A stretch of DNA of 64,000 bases from the NCBI GenBank assembly GCA_028287465.1, contig JAQBPO010000050.1:182743-246742 (forward strand), read 5' to 3'. Below the pieces are notes generated by a model that was not told the DNA's origin, searched no databases, and was given only the letters and a program-made list of their open reading frames with translations. Shown here one piece after another: positions 18,085 through 27,740 of the stretch. Source of the stretch: Fibrobacterota bacterium. Lineage in GTDB: Bacteria > Fibrobacterota > Fibrobacteria > UBA11236. Numbering within the stretch: position 1 is the stretch's first letter; each line of letters begins with the position of its first letter. The translations under genes were made by a program, and so were the position numbers.

Positions 18085-19230
18085 TCAATGCCGGGTCAGG
18101 CTCGGCGGAACGCGGAAAGGCCGGGAATGGCCGGCGTTGAGGTAGGCCTGGAAGGCTTCCATCAATTCGACGCTGACGGCGCGGGCCCGGCGCACCAGGC
18201 CGGGAAAGAGGAGGAAACCCAGCTTCTGGAGCCGGAAGGTTTCCACCAGGAACAAGAGCAGGACGAACGGGGCGCGGGATTCCGGCAGGTCCAGGACCTT
18301 GTCGGAAATCTTCCGGCCCATCAGGTATCGGAGCAGGGTGGGGATGCCCCGGTCCAGGAGCCTGCCCGGAATCAGGGTGGCCATGAATTCCTGGTGGTCG
18401 CGGATGAGCACCAGCCCCTGTTCGGTGCGCAGGAAATTCCGGCGGACCAGGGATTTCCAGAACACCCGGGCCTGGCCCAGGTTCTTGGGGTAGAGGCCGG
18501 GATCGATTCCCAGGATGTGGCCGATCACCTTCCAGGCATGCAGGTAGGCTTCCGCGTCCCGTCGGTCCACCTTGAGTCCCATGGCCGCTACCCCGTCCAG
18601 GGTCACGGTGGAGAAGGCCAGCATGGTCCCTGCCAGTTCTTCCTGGTTTATGGGCGGGCCCCAGGCTTCCCGGCGCCCTTTCCATAAGGGCGAGGCGGAT
18701 GCGTAAGCGCGGATGGCCGCGTGCATCAGCCGGACCTTCTGGGCGGTGCGGATGCCCTTGCCCCCGGCGTCCAGGCCTCCCGGTTCCATGACGTCGAGGA
18801 TGAAACGGAGGGTTTCCGACGCGCGGCGGCGGTAATGGTTGTTCAACTGGCCGGTCATGGCGAGCACTTGGGCGCCCCCCTTGCCGCCGGCGTAGAGGAT
18901 GGGCAGGGACTTGAACAGCATGACCAGCCCGAAGATCGGCCCGTGCAGGGTGAAGAGGCGTTGGGCCCGGGCTATCCGCTCCGGATCGGCCCAAGGGGGT
19001 AACCTGGACGATTCCTCGAAGAAGGCGGCCAGGCGTGGCGGGTATCCGGCGGGATCGCCCATGTTCGCATGCAGCCTGCCCAGCAGGGCGTTCAGTTCCG
19101 GGATCTCCCCGGCGCCTATGTATTCGGCTATCACGGCATCGGCCAAAGGGTCCCCGGACTGCCGCATCCGATCGGTAAAGGAATCGTCAAGCATATCCGG
19201 ATTATAGGACAGCCGGAATGTAAACGCCAT
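18085..19230 (-). CDS. DUF2236 (ER-bound oxygenase MpaB / rubber oxygenase-like) family protein
   Basis: The motifs [15 protein letters not shown] and [17 protein letters not shown] match DUF2236 signatures I recall from memory. I cannot confirm this without a search. Confidence 0.7.
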   Translation of the reverse strand: MAFTFRLSYNPDMLDDSFTDRMRQSGDPLADAVIAEYIGAGEIPELNALLGRLHANMGDPAGYPPRLAAFFEESSRLPPWADPERIARAQRLFTLHGPIFGLVMLFKSLPILYAGGKGGAQVLAMTGQLNNHYRRRASETLRFILDVMEPGGLDAGGKGIRTAQKVRLMHAAIRAYASASPLWKGRREAWGPPINQEELAGTMLAFSTVTLDGVAAMGLKVDRRDAEAYLHAWKVIGHILGIDPGLYPKNLGQARVFWKSLVRRNFLRTEQGLVLIRDHQEFMATLIPGRLLDRGIPTLLRYLMGRKISDKVLDLPESRAPFVLLLFLVETFRLQKLGFLLFPGLVRRARAVSVELMEAFQAYLNAGHSRPFRVPPSLTRH

Positions 19231-19324
19231 CGTTACGGAAGAAACGTTTTTGATACCCTTATTTCCGATCCGCCGGGCGATTGACGCCGCCGGGACACGG
19301 GGTTATACTTCGGCCCGGCCCGCC

Positions 19325-20749
19325 ATGGATACCCCCCCACGCATCAAACCATCGGATCCCGCCGCATTCATGGATTCCATTACGCCTTCCACATCCTCAA
19401 GCCGCGCATCCAAAACGAAGGCATCCAAAAGGATCGCGGGAGGCCTCCTGGCGCGCCTCCTGGGCGACATCCGAGATTCAGGCATAAACCCCGGGACGGA
19501 TGAAGAGCTCGCCCGGAATATCCGGGTCACCAACCTGTCGGCCGTATTCTATTTCGCCATGGCCTTCCCGTACCCGTTTATCCTGTACTTCCTGGGCGAG
19601 CCGGTATTGGCCGCCTGCGTCCTGGTCCTCCTGATATGCTATTGCCTTACCGTTCTGCTGAACAAATCCGGCCATCACGACCTGTCCCGCTTCAACCTGA
19701 TGGGTTCGATCAATGTGGCGGTTTTCGTCTATACCCTTTTCCTGGGGAAATCGGTCGGAATCGTCTATGCCTTCTATCTGACCCTCATCGCGCCGTTCAC
19801 CCTTTTCCACATCCGCGAGGTGAGGAAGATCGCCTTCTGCGTAGCCATGCCCCTGCTCTTCTGGATCCTGCTGAACGGCCCTTTCGGGCTGGGGGAGACG
19901 AGCCCCCTCCCGCCGCATTACCAACGCATATTCTATCTGTGCATCACCGCCACGGTCGCGGCCATGCTCATCGGCTGCACCGCCCTCATCTACCTCTCCC
20001 ATCAGAAATCCCTGGCGCTCCTGCGCGTCGCGAAGGAGAACGCCGAGCGTTCCAATCGATCGAAGGGGGAGTTCCTCGCCACCATGAGCCATGAGATCCG
20101 CACGCCCATGAACGGGATCCTGGGTTCCATCCAGCTGATGGAAAACGATCCCCTGACCGATCGCCAGCTCTCCTATATGAAACTGGCCCAATCCTGCGGA
20201 AACCTGCTTCTTACGATCATCAACGATATCCTGGATTTTTCCAGGATCGAATCCGGCAAGCTGGAGCTGGAAACCGTGGAACTGGATTTGAGGGCGGTCC
20301 TCCAGGAGATCGTGGACCTGCACCATCCCGAGGCCGAGAAGAAGGGCCTGCACATGGTCCTGGAATACGACCCGCTCTGCCCGCGATCCGTGCGCGGCGA
20401 TCCCACCCGCATCCGTCAGGTGATCCACAATCTGGTTTCGAACGCGGTGAAGTTCACCCGGCAGGGCCGGATTTGCCTGGCGGCCCGCCTGGCCGACGAT
20501 CGGGGCGATTGGGTGGCCATCGACATATCCGTCCTGGACACCGGGATCGGCATCCCTCCGGAAAAGCTCCCCGGCCTTTTCGAGGCATTCACCCAGCTGG
20601 ATTCCTCAACCACCCGGGAATACGGAGGCACGGGCCTGGGCTTGGCCATCGCGAAGAAGCTTGCCTCCATGATGGGAGGTGAACTGGTCGCGGAGAGCCT
20701 GCCGGGGGAGGGCAGCTCCTTCACCTTCCGAGGCGTCTACCTGAAGTAA
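19325..20749 (+). CDS. Membrane-bound sensor histidine kinase (about five TM helices, HisKA, HATPase_c)
   Basis: The H-box is [17 protein letters not shown]. The HATPase motifs are [15 protein letters not shown] and [13 protein letters not shown]. An N-terminal hydrophobic sensor region is present. The start at MDTPPRIK is uncertain to within about 50 nt. Confidence 0.85.
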   Translation: MDTPPRIKPSDPAAFMDSITPSTSSSRASKTKASKRIAGGLLARLLGDIRDSGINPGTDEELARNIRVTNLSAVFYFAMAFPYPFILYFLGEPVLAACVLVLLICYCLTVLLNKSGHHDLSRFNLMGSINVAVFVYTLFLGKSVGIVYAFYLTLIAPFTLFHIREVRKIAFCVAMPLLFWILLNGPFGLGETSPLPPHYQRIFYLCITATVAAMLIGCTALIYLSHQKSLALLRVAKENAERSNRSKGEFLATMSHEIRTPMNGILGSIQLMENDPLTDRQLSYMKLAQSCGNLLLTIINDILDFSRIESGKLELETVELDLRAVLQEIVDLHHPEAEKKGLHMVLEYDPLCPRSVRGDPTRIRQVIHNLVSNAVKFTRQGRICLAARLADDRGDWVAIDISVLDTGIGIPPEKLPGLFEAFTQLDSSTTREYGGTGLGLAIAKKLASMMGGELVAESLPGEGSSFTFRGVYLK

Positions 20750-20806
20750 CCCGCAATCTCCGGTGTCCCGGTAACCCGGGAACCCAGGGCGGATCGCCAA
20801 GCGACA

Positions 20807-22381
20807 TTATTCCATGGTCATTTCGGTATGCGCGGGTCCTTCGCCTGAAACGGGCCCTGCCTCGCCTTTGGGCGACCGGAACAGAAAGAGCAGCGGGATG
20901 CAGGCCAGGAAGAAGAATCCGATCACGTAGAAGGTGTCCAGGTACGAGAGCAGGGAGGCCTGCTTGCCTACGATCCCGTTCACCAGGGCCAGGGCCCGGC
21001 TATGGGAGGCTTCGGAACCGCCCCCGCGGGAAATGAAAGCCTGGGTGATGGCGTTTATCCGGTCCACCGCGGCCTGGTTGAACTCCGTGACGCGGGCCGC
21101 CAGCATCTCCCGGTGGAATACGGTCCTCCGTTCGATGAAGGTCGCCATCAAGGCCACGCCGAAGGATCCGCCGAGCTGGCGTATCATGTTCGAGAGCCCG
21201 GTCCCTTGGGGGATGTCCCGGCCCTTGAGCTCGATCAGGGTCATGGTGGTCAGGGGGATGAAGATCAGGCCCAGGCCCACGCCGCGCACGACCAGGGGCA
21301 AGAAGAAGCTTTGGGTCCCGGATTCCGCGCTGAGGTGGGACAGCATCCAGGTGGAGACGAAGAAGAGCAGGAAACCGATCCCGCTGAAGATATGGGGCGG
21401 GAATTTCTTCTGCAGCATCTTCCCGATGATGGGCATCATGACCGCCGTGGCCAGGCTTCCGGGGATCAGCAGGGCGCCGGTATTGGTGGCGGTGAAACCC
21501 AGGAAGGATTGCGCGAATACGGGGATGACGAAGACGGAACCGAACAGGCCGAAGCCGAGGATGAAATTGAAAAGCATCCCCACGGCGAAAGTCCGGCTCT
21601 TCATGAGCTTGAGGTTGACCACGGGATGCTCCGTAGTCGACTCGCGCCAGATGAAACCGACCACGCCCACGGCGGCCACGAGCGATAGGACCGTGATGTA
21701 GGCCGATTCGAACCAGCCTTCCTTGTCGCCCCGTTCCAGCACCACCTGCAGGGCGCCCACCCCGGCGATCAGGAAGGCCATGCCGGGCCAATCCAGGCCC
21801 ACAACGCGGTGCTTGTCGACCGGCTCCTTGATGTAGAGCAGGGTCATGGCCGTCGCCACGATGCCGACGGGGATGTTGATGAAGAACACCCAATGCCAGG
21901 ACAGATGATCGGTGATGTACCCGCCCAGGGCGGGACCGATGGTGGGCCCTATCACGACGCCCAGGCCGTAGATGGCGTTGGCCAGGCCCAGCTCCTCCTT
22001 GGGGAAGGTCTCCACGATGATGGCCTGGGCGGTCGAAAGGAGCCCTCCGCCGCCTATCCCTTGCAGGAAGCGGAAGGCCACGAGCATCCAGACATTGGTG
22101 GAGAAGCCGCACAGGACCGAGGCGATGGTGAACATCACGATGGAGGCCGCGAAGAAGCGGCGTCGCCCGAACCTGGCGCTCAGCCATCCGGACATGGCGA
22201 TCATGACCACGTTGGCCGCGGCGTAGGAGGTGATGACCCAGCTGATGTCCCCCAGGGTGGCGCCCAGGCTGCCCATCATCTGGAGCAAGGTTACGTTCAC
22301 GATGGAGGTATCGATCAATTGCAGCAAGGCCGCGGAAACCACGGTCAGGATGATGATCCACTTCTCCAGCCCGAACTTCAC
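20807..22381 (-). CDS. MFS transporter, DHA2 (EmrB/QacA) family multidrug efflux pump
   Basis: There are 14 TM helices. MFS motifs include MSGWLSARFGRRR and LQGIGGGGL. The gene is part of a TetR/TolC/HlyD/MFS operon. Confidence 0.9.
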   Translation of the reverse strand: MKFGLEKWIIILTVVSAALLQLIDTSIVNVTLLQMMGSLGATLGDISWVITSYAAANVVMIAMSGWLSARFGRRRFFAASIVMFTIASVLCGFSTNVWMLVAFRFLQGIGGGGLLSTAQAIIVETFPKEELGLANAIYGLGVVIGPTIGPALGGYITDHLSWHWVFFINIPVGIVATAMTLLYIKEPVDKHRVVGLDWPGMAFLIAGVGALQVVLERGDKEGWFESAYITVLSLVAAVGVVGFIWRESTTEHPVVNLKLMKSRTFAVGMLFNFILGFGLFGSVFVIPVFAQSFLGFTATNTGALLIPGSLATAVMMPIIGKMLQKKFPPHIFSGIGFLLFFVSTWMLSHLSAESGTQSFFLPLVVRGVGLGLIFIPLTTMTLIELKGRDIPQGTGLSNMIRQLGGSFGVALMATFIERRTVFHREMLAARVTEFNQAAVDRINAITQAFISRGGGSEASHSRALALVNGIVGKQASLLSYLDTFYVIGFFFLACIPLLFLFRSPKGEAGPVSGEGPAHTEMTME

Positions 22382-22386
22382 TGGAA

Positions 22387-23463
22387 TCAGCCTCCGGACC
22401 GGATATCGATCGAGACCGAGACGGACATGCCGGGAACCAGGGGAGGGTTCCCGGAGCCCGCCTTGATCGGATCGACCAGGTCGATGCGGACGGGTACGCG
22501 TTGCACGACCTTGGTGAAGTTGCCGCTGGCATTGTCCGGAGGCAAAAGGCTGAACCGGGCGCCGGTGGCGTTCTGGATGGAGGCGACCCGGCCCTTGAGG
22601 GTCTTGCCCGGGAAGGCGTCCACTTCCATCTCGACGTTTTCCCCGGGCCGGACGGAGGCGAGCTGGGTCTCTTTGAGGTTGGCCACCACCCAGACCGGCG
22701 AGTCCTCTACGATCGCCATTACGGCCTGGCCGGCGGCGATCTGCTGGCCGTTCTCGAGGTTCTTCTTCGCGATATGCCCGGAGGTAGGGGCGGTCACCAC
22801 GGTGTATCCCAATTGCAGGCGTGCGGCGTCCAGGGCGGCCTCCGCCGCGACCAGGCGCGCATCCGCGGCCCGCACCTGCGCATTGGCGCCGGCGATGGTG
22901 AATGAGGAGCCCCTGGCCGCTTCCGCCGCGGCGGCGTAGGTGGCCTGGGCGCTCCGGAACGCGGCCTCGGCGGCGTCCAGGCTTGCCCTGCTCGCGATTT
23001 CCTGCTTGAACAGGTTGCGCGTGCGCTCCACGTCGGCCTTGGCCTTGGCCAGGTTGGCGGCCATGGACTCGAGGTTCGCCTGGGCCGCGGTCTTCTGGGA
23101 CTCGGCCACGCGCGCGCCCGCGCCGGCCACTCCGCCCTTGGCGGCGGCCTGGGCGGCGAGCAGGTCGGCTTCCGCCAGCCTCACCTTGATCTCCAGCTCC
23201 CTAGGGTCCAGGGTGAAGAGGGTATCCCCGGCCTTTACGGCCTGCTCGTCCCGGACGTACACCTGCGAAACGAAGGCGCCCACGCGGGAGCTGACGGCGA
23301 GGATATGCCCCTCGATCTGGGAGTCGTCCGTGGTCTCGTGGTTGTGCGCGTACCACCACCTCGGGATCCCGAAGGCCAGGCCGACCACGGCGATGGCCAG
23401 GAGGATGATGTTGCGCTTGCTTTTCTTCTTCTTCGGTCCGTTTTCCATATTCCCGCTTTTCAT
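22387..23463 (-). CDS. HlyD-family membrane fusion protein (EmrA-like)
   Basis: An N-terminal TM anchor is followed by a long Ala-rich coiled coil, then the block PGMSVSVSIDIRSG. The gene lies adjacent to the MFS pump. Confidence 0.85.
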   Translation of the reverse strand: MKSGNMENGPKKKKSKRNIILLAIAVVGLAFGIPRWWYAHNHETTDDSQIEGHILAVSSRVGAFVSQVYVRDEQAVKAGDTLFTLDPRELEIKVRLAEADLLAAQAAAKGGVAGAGARVAESQKTAAQANLESMAANLAKAKADVERTRNLFKQEIASRASLDAAEAAFRSAQATYAAAAEAARGSSFTIAGANAQVRAADARLVAAEAALDAARLQLGYTVVTAPTSGHIAKKNLENGQQIAAGQAVMAIVEDSPVWVVANLKETQLASVRPGENVEMEVDAFPGKTLKGRVASIQNATGARFSLLPPDNASGNFTKVVQRVPVRIDLVDPIKAGSGNPPLVPGMSVSVSIDIRSGG

Positions 23464-24803
23464 ATTTCCGACAACCGGTGGGCCGCCTTCAGGTATTCCA
23501 ACCGGGCTCGGCCGTATCCGTATATCGCGTCGATGTAGGCCTGATGCGCAAGGCTCACGCTGGCCTGGGCCGAAATGACCTCAAGGTTCCCGGCTGCGCC
23601 GCTGCGGAATTTCTCCCTGGACAGGCGCTCCTCCTCCTCGGAAAGCCTTACGCGTTCCAGGGAAAAGGCGGACTCCTCCCGCAAGGTCCTCATGGCGGAG
23701 GCGGATTCGCGGAGATCCTGGCGCGCCGCCAGCCGGGCTTCCCGGATCCCCAGGTCGGCCTGGCGCAACCGTTCCGCCTGTTGCGAAAGCCGGGCCCGGC
23801 GCCTTCCCCCCTCCCAAATGGTCCAGTTCAATTGCAGCATGATGTTCTCGGTCCATTCCGCCCGCGCGTTCAGGCGCCGGCCGCTCAATCCGTAGTCGCC
23901 GGCGAGGTCGAGGGTGGGGATGAGCTCGGAGCGCAGGGAGCGCATTTCCAGGAGAGCGGCCTGCTTGCGTTTTTCCGCCGCGGCGATCTCGGGCAGGGGC
24001 GGCAAGGCGGAAAGGGAATCTCCCGGGGTTTCCGCGGGAGCGCCCGCGGCTTCCGCGGATCCGGGCGGCATGCCCGCGGCGATCGGAAGGGGATCGGACA
24101 GGACCGGGACCGCGTCCAGATCCTTCCCGATGATGCGCAGGAAGGCGTAACGCGCGCGTTCCTCCCCGCCCGAAGCGGCGGTAAGGGCGCTGCGGGCCGC
24201 CGAGACCTGGCCCTGGGCGCGGAGGACCTCGATCTGGGCGGCGCTGCCGGCCTGCTTCTGCGCCAGGCTGAGCTCGGCCAGCTGGGAGGCCAGGGCCAGT
24301 TCGGAACGTCGGGAGTCCAGCAGGGCCCTGGCCCGGGCCAGCGCCAGGTAGGCTTCGGCGGCGGACAGGGCCGAATTCTCCTCCACGGCCTCGGCTTCCA
24401 GGCGGCCCAGCTCCACGGCCCGGCCGGCCGCGCGGTACCGGTTCCATCCGGCCGCGTCGATAAGGGAGACCCGTCCGTTCACCCTGGCGTCCTGGGCGTT
24501 GAAGGGCCCGATCTTGTTGGGGAAGGCGGGAGCGTCCCCGGAGGCCGGGAACGACAGGCCCATGGCCGGCAGATCGATCGAGCGCACGGCGTCCCAGGCG
24601 GTGGCTCCCACGCGGGGAAGCAACGCGCCTCGGGCCTCGCCCAGCCGGCCTTCGGCCTCAGCGGCCCTTGAGCGCGCCAAGGCGGCCTGGTAGCCGGCGG
24701 CGCGTCCCAGGTCCATGGCCTGCCTCAGGCCCACGCGCACGGTGTCGGATCCGGCCTGCAAGGCGAGGGCGGCGGCTATCGGCAAGAACAGGGCATGGAT
24801 CAT
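23460..24803 (-). CDS. TolC-family outer membrane efflux protein
   Basis: A signal peptide precedes two coiled-coil/beta repeat halves. The C-terminus has the typical OEP tail. Its stop overlaps the HlyD start. Confidence 0.85.
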   Translation of the reverse strand: MIHALFLPIAAALALQAGSDTVRVGLRQAMDLGRAAGYQAALARSRAAEAEGRLGEARGALLPRVGATAWDAVRSIDLPAMGLSFPASGDAPAFPNKIGPFNAQDARVNGRVSLIDAAGWNRYRAAGRAVELGRLEAEAVEENSALSAAEAYLALARARALLDSRRSELALASQLAELSLAQKQAGSAAQIEVLRAQGQVSAARSALTAASGGEERARYAFLRIIGKDLDAVPVLSDPLPIAAGMPPGSAEAAGAPAETPGDSLSALPPLPEIAAAEKRKQAALLEMRSLRSELIPTLDLAGDYGLSGRRLNARAEWTENIMLQLNWTIWEGGRRRARLSQQAERLRQADLGIREARLAARQDLRESASAMRTLREESAFSLERVRLSEEEERLSREKFRSGAAGNLEVISAQASVSLAHQAYIDAIYGYGRARLEYLKAAHRLSEI

Positions 24804-25564
24804 TTTTTCTTTCCTCCGGATTTCCCGGCGCGTTGCAATCCCCGGATGACAAGGTCCATCCCGCTTTCCGGGATCCCGGCCATGGGATACGGATCCAGTT
24901 TCGCGACGCCCATATGGACCTGTAGGAAAGCCTGGTAGGTGAGGCCGGCCATGGCATAGCGCGCTGCGCCTGCGGCATCCGCCTCCGCGCGGAACTCGCC
25001 GGCCGCCTGACCGTCCTGGATTATCCTTTCGGCCAGCTTCCAGCTTTGCAAGATGCCTTTGCGGATCCAGATGCGGAACAGGTCCGGGAGCTCCACCGCG
25101 ATCTCCCCCAGGATCAGCTTATGCGCCCGGCCCCAATCCTCCGTGAGGGCGCGGTTCCAGGCTCGCCTCATGAAGAAGCGGAGCTTATCGGAATGGGTTC
25201 CCTGGAAACCGTCGAGCGCGGTTTCGGCCTGGCCCAGGAAGGTCTTGATCTTGTGTTCCAGGGCCTTCTTGAGGAGGTCTTCCTTGTTCTCGAAATAATT
25301 GTAGACGGTCCCCTTGGAGACGCCGGCGGCGCTGGCCACGTCCTCCAACCGGGAAGCGCGGTACCCTTGGCGGGAGAAGACTTCAAGGGCGGCTTCGAAA
25401 AGCGCGTCCGGCCTTTCACCGGCCTTGCGTTCCCATTTCAGGCCGGAGGGCGGGCGGGAGCGCGGACCCGGGAGCGGACGGGAGCGCGCGGCGGATGCGG
25501 CCGGCCTTCCTGGCTTTACGGACCTTGCGGACATTACGGACTTGATTTGCTGGGCCTTGGCCAT
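24800..25564 (-). CDS. TetR/AcrR family transcriptional regulator with a basic N-terminal extension
   Basis: The helix-turn-helix reads RLEDVASAAGVSKGTVYNYFENKEDLL. The start ATG at 25564 has a GGAAG ribosome-binding site. Its stop overlaps the TolC start as ATGA. Confidence 0.85.
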   Translation of the reverse strand: MAKAQQIKSVMSARSVKPGRPAASAARSRPLPGPRSRPPSGLKWERKAGERPDALFEAALEVFSRQGYRASRLEDVASAAGVSKGTVYNYFENKEDLLKKALEHKIKTFLGQAETALDGFQGTHSDKLRFFMRRAWNRALTEDWGRAHKLILGEIAVELPDLFRIWIRKGILQSWKLAERIIQDGQAAGEFRAEADAAGAARYAMAGLTYQAFLQVHMGVAKLDPYPMAGIPESGMDLVIRGLQRAGKSGGKKK

Positions 25565-25575
25565 TATCGCTTCCA

Positions 25576-25624
25576 GGTAATTGACTCCCCGGTAAATTAC
25601 TCCCGGGTCATTTACCCCGTCAAC
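25576..25624. promoter_or_regulatory. Nested inverted repeats just upstream of the TetR start, a candidate TetR operator
   Basis: The main palindrome is GGTAAAT-N12-ATTTACC at 25591-25616. An outer partial palindrome GGTAATTGAC ... GTCAAC lies at 25576-25623. The repeats sit 12-60 nt upstream of the ATG at 25564 on the minus strand. Confidence 0.4.
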
Positions 25625-25765
25625 CCCGGGCAGGTCGGATTACGGTAAGATTTCGGAGGAATTCCCGGGACCGGAACGTCCCATCGGGACCCGCGGCGCC
25701 GGGAAGGAAAATAATGAGCCACCATGGGCTCCGCAAGATGGAGCCGGAACGCTAGGGTAAGGAAC

Positions 25766-26986
25766 CTATTCGTAACGGAGGGCGTCGATGGGATTGAGGC
25801 GCGCGGCCTTGCGGGCGGGGTACCATCCGAAGAAGATCCCGGTGGCGGCGCTGAAGGCGAAAGCGACGATGATGGAGGCGGGGGAGACCCTGACCGCCCA
25901 ACCCTGCACCGAACCGAGGAAGGTGGAGGCCCCGGCCCCGATGGCGATGCCGATGAGGCCGCCGCAAAAGCTGATCACCACCGCTTCCACCAGGAACTGC
26001 AGCAGGATGTCCCGCCCCTTCGCGCCCACGGCCAGGCGGATGCCGATCTCGCGGGTGCGCTCGGTGACGGAGACGAGCATGATGTTCATGATGCCTATGC
26101 CGCCCACCAGCAGGGAGATGCCGGCGATGCTGGAAAGAAGCACGGTCATGGTCTGGGAAACGCTGCCGGCCGCCTGGGCGATTTCGGTCTGGGTCCGGAT
26201 CATGTATTCCGGGATATCCCCGGGACCCAGGCGGAAACGGCGGCGGAGGATGTCGTCGATCTGGGCGGAGGCATCGGGAATGGACTCCTCGGAAACCGCG
26301 GAAGCGATCAGGGTCTGCGCGAAGGTGGCGCCGATGAGTTTCTTCTGCACCGTGGAAAAAGGCGCGATGACGATATCGTCCTGATCGTTGCCGAAGGACC
26401 CCTGCCCCTTGGACTCCAGCACGCCCACCACCTTGAAGGGCAGGTTCTTGATGCGGATGGTCTGGCCGATGGGATCCACCCCTTCCCCGAAAAGGTTCTT
26501 CGCCACGGTCTGGCCGATCAGGGCCACCTTGGCGGCCCCGCGTTCATCGGATGTGGAATAGGGGGCCCCGGCGGTCAGGCCCCAATTGCGGATCAGGAGG
26601 TAATCCGGATAGGCGCCGTAGACGCTGGTGCGCCAGTTCTGGCCCGCGTACTTGATCTGGGCGCTGGACCTCGCGGTGGGGGTGATATAGCGGATGGCTT
26701 CCGCTTCGCGCCCGATGGCCTCGACGTCCTCTTCCGTGAGCTTGCTCGAAGTGCCGGCTTCCGTGCGAACGCTCCCGGGCCCTCCGCCTCCGGCGAATAC
26801 GTTGATGACATTGGTGCCCAGCCCCGCGATGGAGGTCTTAACCATGTCCTTGGCGCCTTGGCCCACGGAAAGCATGGCGATGACCGCCCCCACTCCGATG
26901 ATGATGCCGAGCATGGTCAGGAAGGAGCGCAGCTTGTTGCGGGAAAGGGATCTCAAAGCCAAGATCAACAGCGAGGTCAGCCGCAT
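25766..26986 (-). CDS. ABC transporter permease of the FtsX/MacB family (MacB periplasmic domain plus four TM helices), encoded separately from its ATPase
   Basis: The N-terminal TM helix is followed by a large periplasmic domain. The C-terminal FtsX-like helices read TVLLSSIAGISLLVGGIGIMNIM and AIGAGASTFLG. Confidence 0.9.
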   Translation of the reverse strand: MRLTSLLILALRSLSRNKLRSFLTMLGIIIGVGAVIAMLSVGQGAKDMVKTSIAGLGTNVINVFAGGGGPGSVRTEAGTSSKLTEEDVEAIGREAEAIRYITPTARSSAQIKYAGQNWRTSVYGAYPDYLLIRNWGLTAGAPYSTSDERGAAKVALIGQTVAKNLFGEGVDPIGQTIRIKNLPFKVVGVLESKGQGSFGNDQDDIVIAPFSTVQKKLIGATFAQTLIASAVSEESIPDASAQIDDILRRRFRLGPGDIPEYMIRTQTEIAQAAGSVSQTMTVLLSSIAGISLLVGGIGIMNIMLVSVTERTREIGIRLAVGAKGRDILLQFLVEAVVISFCGGLIGIAIGAGASTFLGSVQGWAVRVSPASIIVAFAFSAATGIFFGWYPARKAARLNPIDALRYE

Positions 26987-26987
26987 C

Positions 26988-27740
26988 TCAACCCAGTTTC
27001 CCGGCCGGCTTCAGCTTGGCCAGCTCTTCCGAAGCGCGCAGGGGAGCCGCATTCCGTTCGTCCCGGATCACGTTCCCGTCCCTGAATACGATCAGGCGGC
27101 CAGCGTACGATGCGATGTCGGGTTCATGGGTCACCAGCACCACGGTGATCCCCTTTTCGTTGAGGCCCTGGAAAAGGCCGATGATCTCGATGCTGGAGCG
27201 CGTATCGAGGTTCCCGGTGGGTTCGTCCGCGAGGATGAGCACCGGATCGTTCACCATGGAACGGGCGATGGCGACGCGTTGCTGCTGGCCGCCGGAAAGC
27301 TGGTTCGGGTGGTGATGGACGCGTTCGCCCAGTCCCACCGCCGTCAGGGCGTCCATGGCCTTGGCGCGGTTCTTCCCCGGGTCCGCGTCCTTGCGGTACA
27401 GGAGCGGCAGTTCCACGTTCTCAAGGGCGGTGGTCCGGCTCAGGAGGTTGAAGGACTGGAAGACGAAACCGAGCTTCCGGTTGCGCACCAGGGACAATTC
27501 GTCCCGGCTCAGGGACTCCACTTCCGTTCCGTCGAGGAGATAGCTGCCGGAAGTCGGAGCGTCCAGGCAGCCGAGGATGTTCATGAAGGTGGATTTGCCG
27601 GATCCGCTGGCGCCGCTGATGGCGACGAACTCGCCCGGGGCGATATCGAGATCGACCTTTCGCAGGGCCTGGACGGTTACGTCGCCCATCTGGTAGGTCT
27701 TGGCGAGGGCCCTTACCGAAACGATGGCGGGTGCAGCCAT
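26988..27740 (-). CDS. ABC transporter ATP-binding protein (MacB/LolD-type)
   Basis: Walker A is GASGSGKST, the signature is LSGGQQQRVAIARS, and Walker B is ILADEPTGNLD. The start at 27740 overlaps the adaptor stop as TGATG. The track ORF is extended 5' into the adaptor gene. Confidence 0.9.
   Translation of the reverse strand: MAAPAIVSVRALAKTYQMGDVTVQALRKVDLDIAPGEFVAISGASGSGKSTFMNILGCLDAPTSGSYLLDGTEVESLSRDELSLVRNRKLGFVFQSFNLLSRTTALENVELPLLYRKDADPGKNRAKAMDALTAVGLGERVHHHPNQLSGGQQQRVAIARSMVNDPVLILADEPTGNLDTRSSIEIIGLFQGLNEKGITVVLVTHEPDIASYAGRLIVFRDGNVIRDERNAAPLRASEELAKLKPAGKLG

Noticed and set aside
21000-22532. 510-aa minus-strand alternate-frame ORF over the MFS transporter
   Set aside because: It is an out-of-frame shadow of the DHA2 transporter gene.
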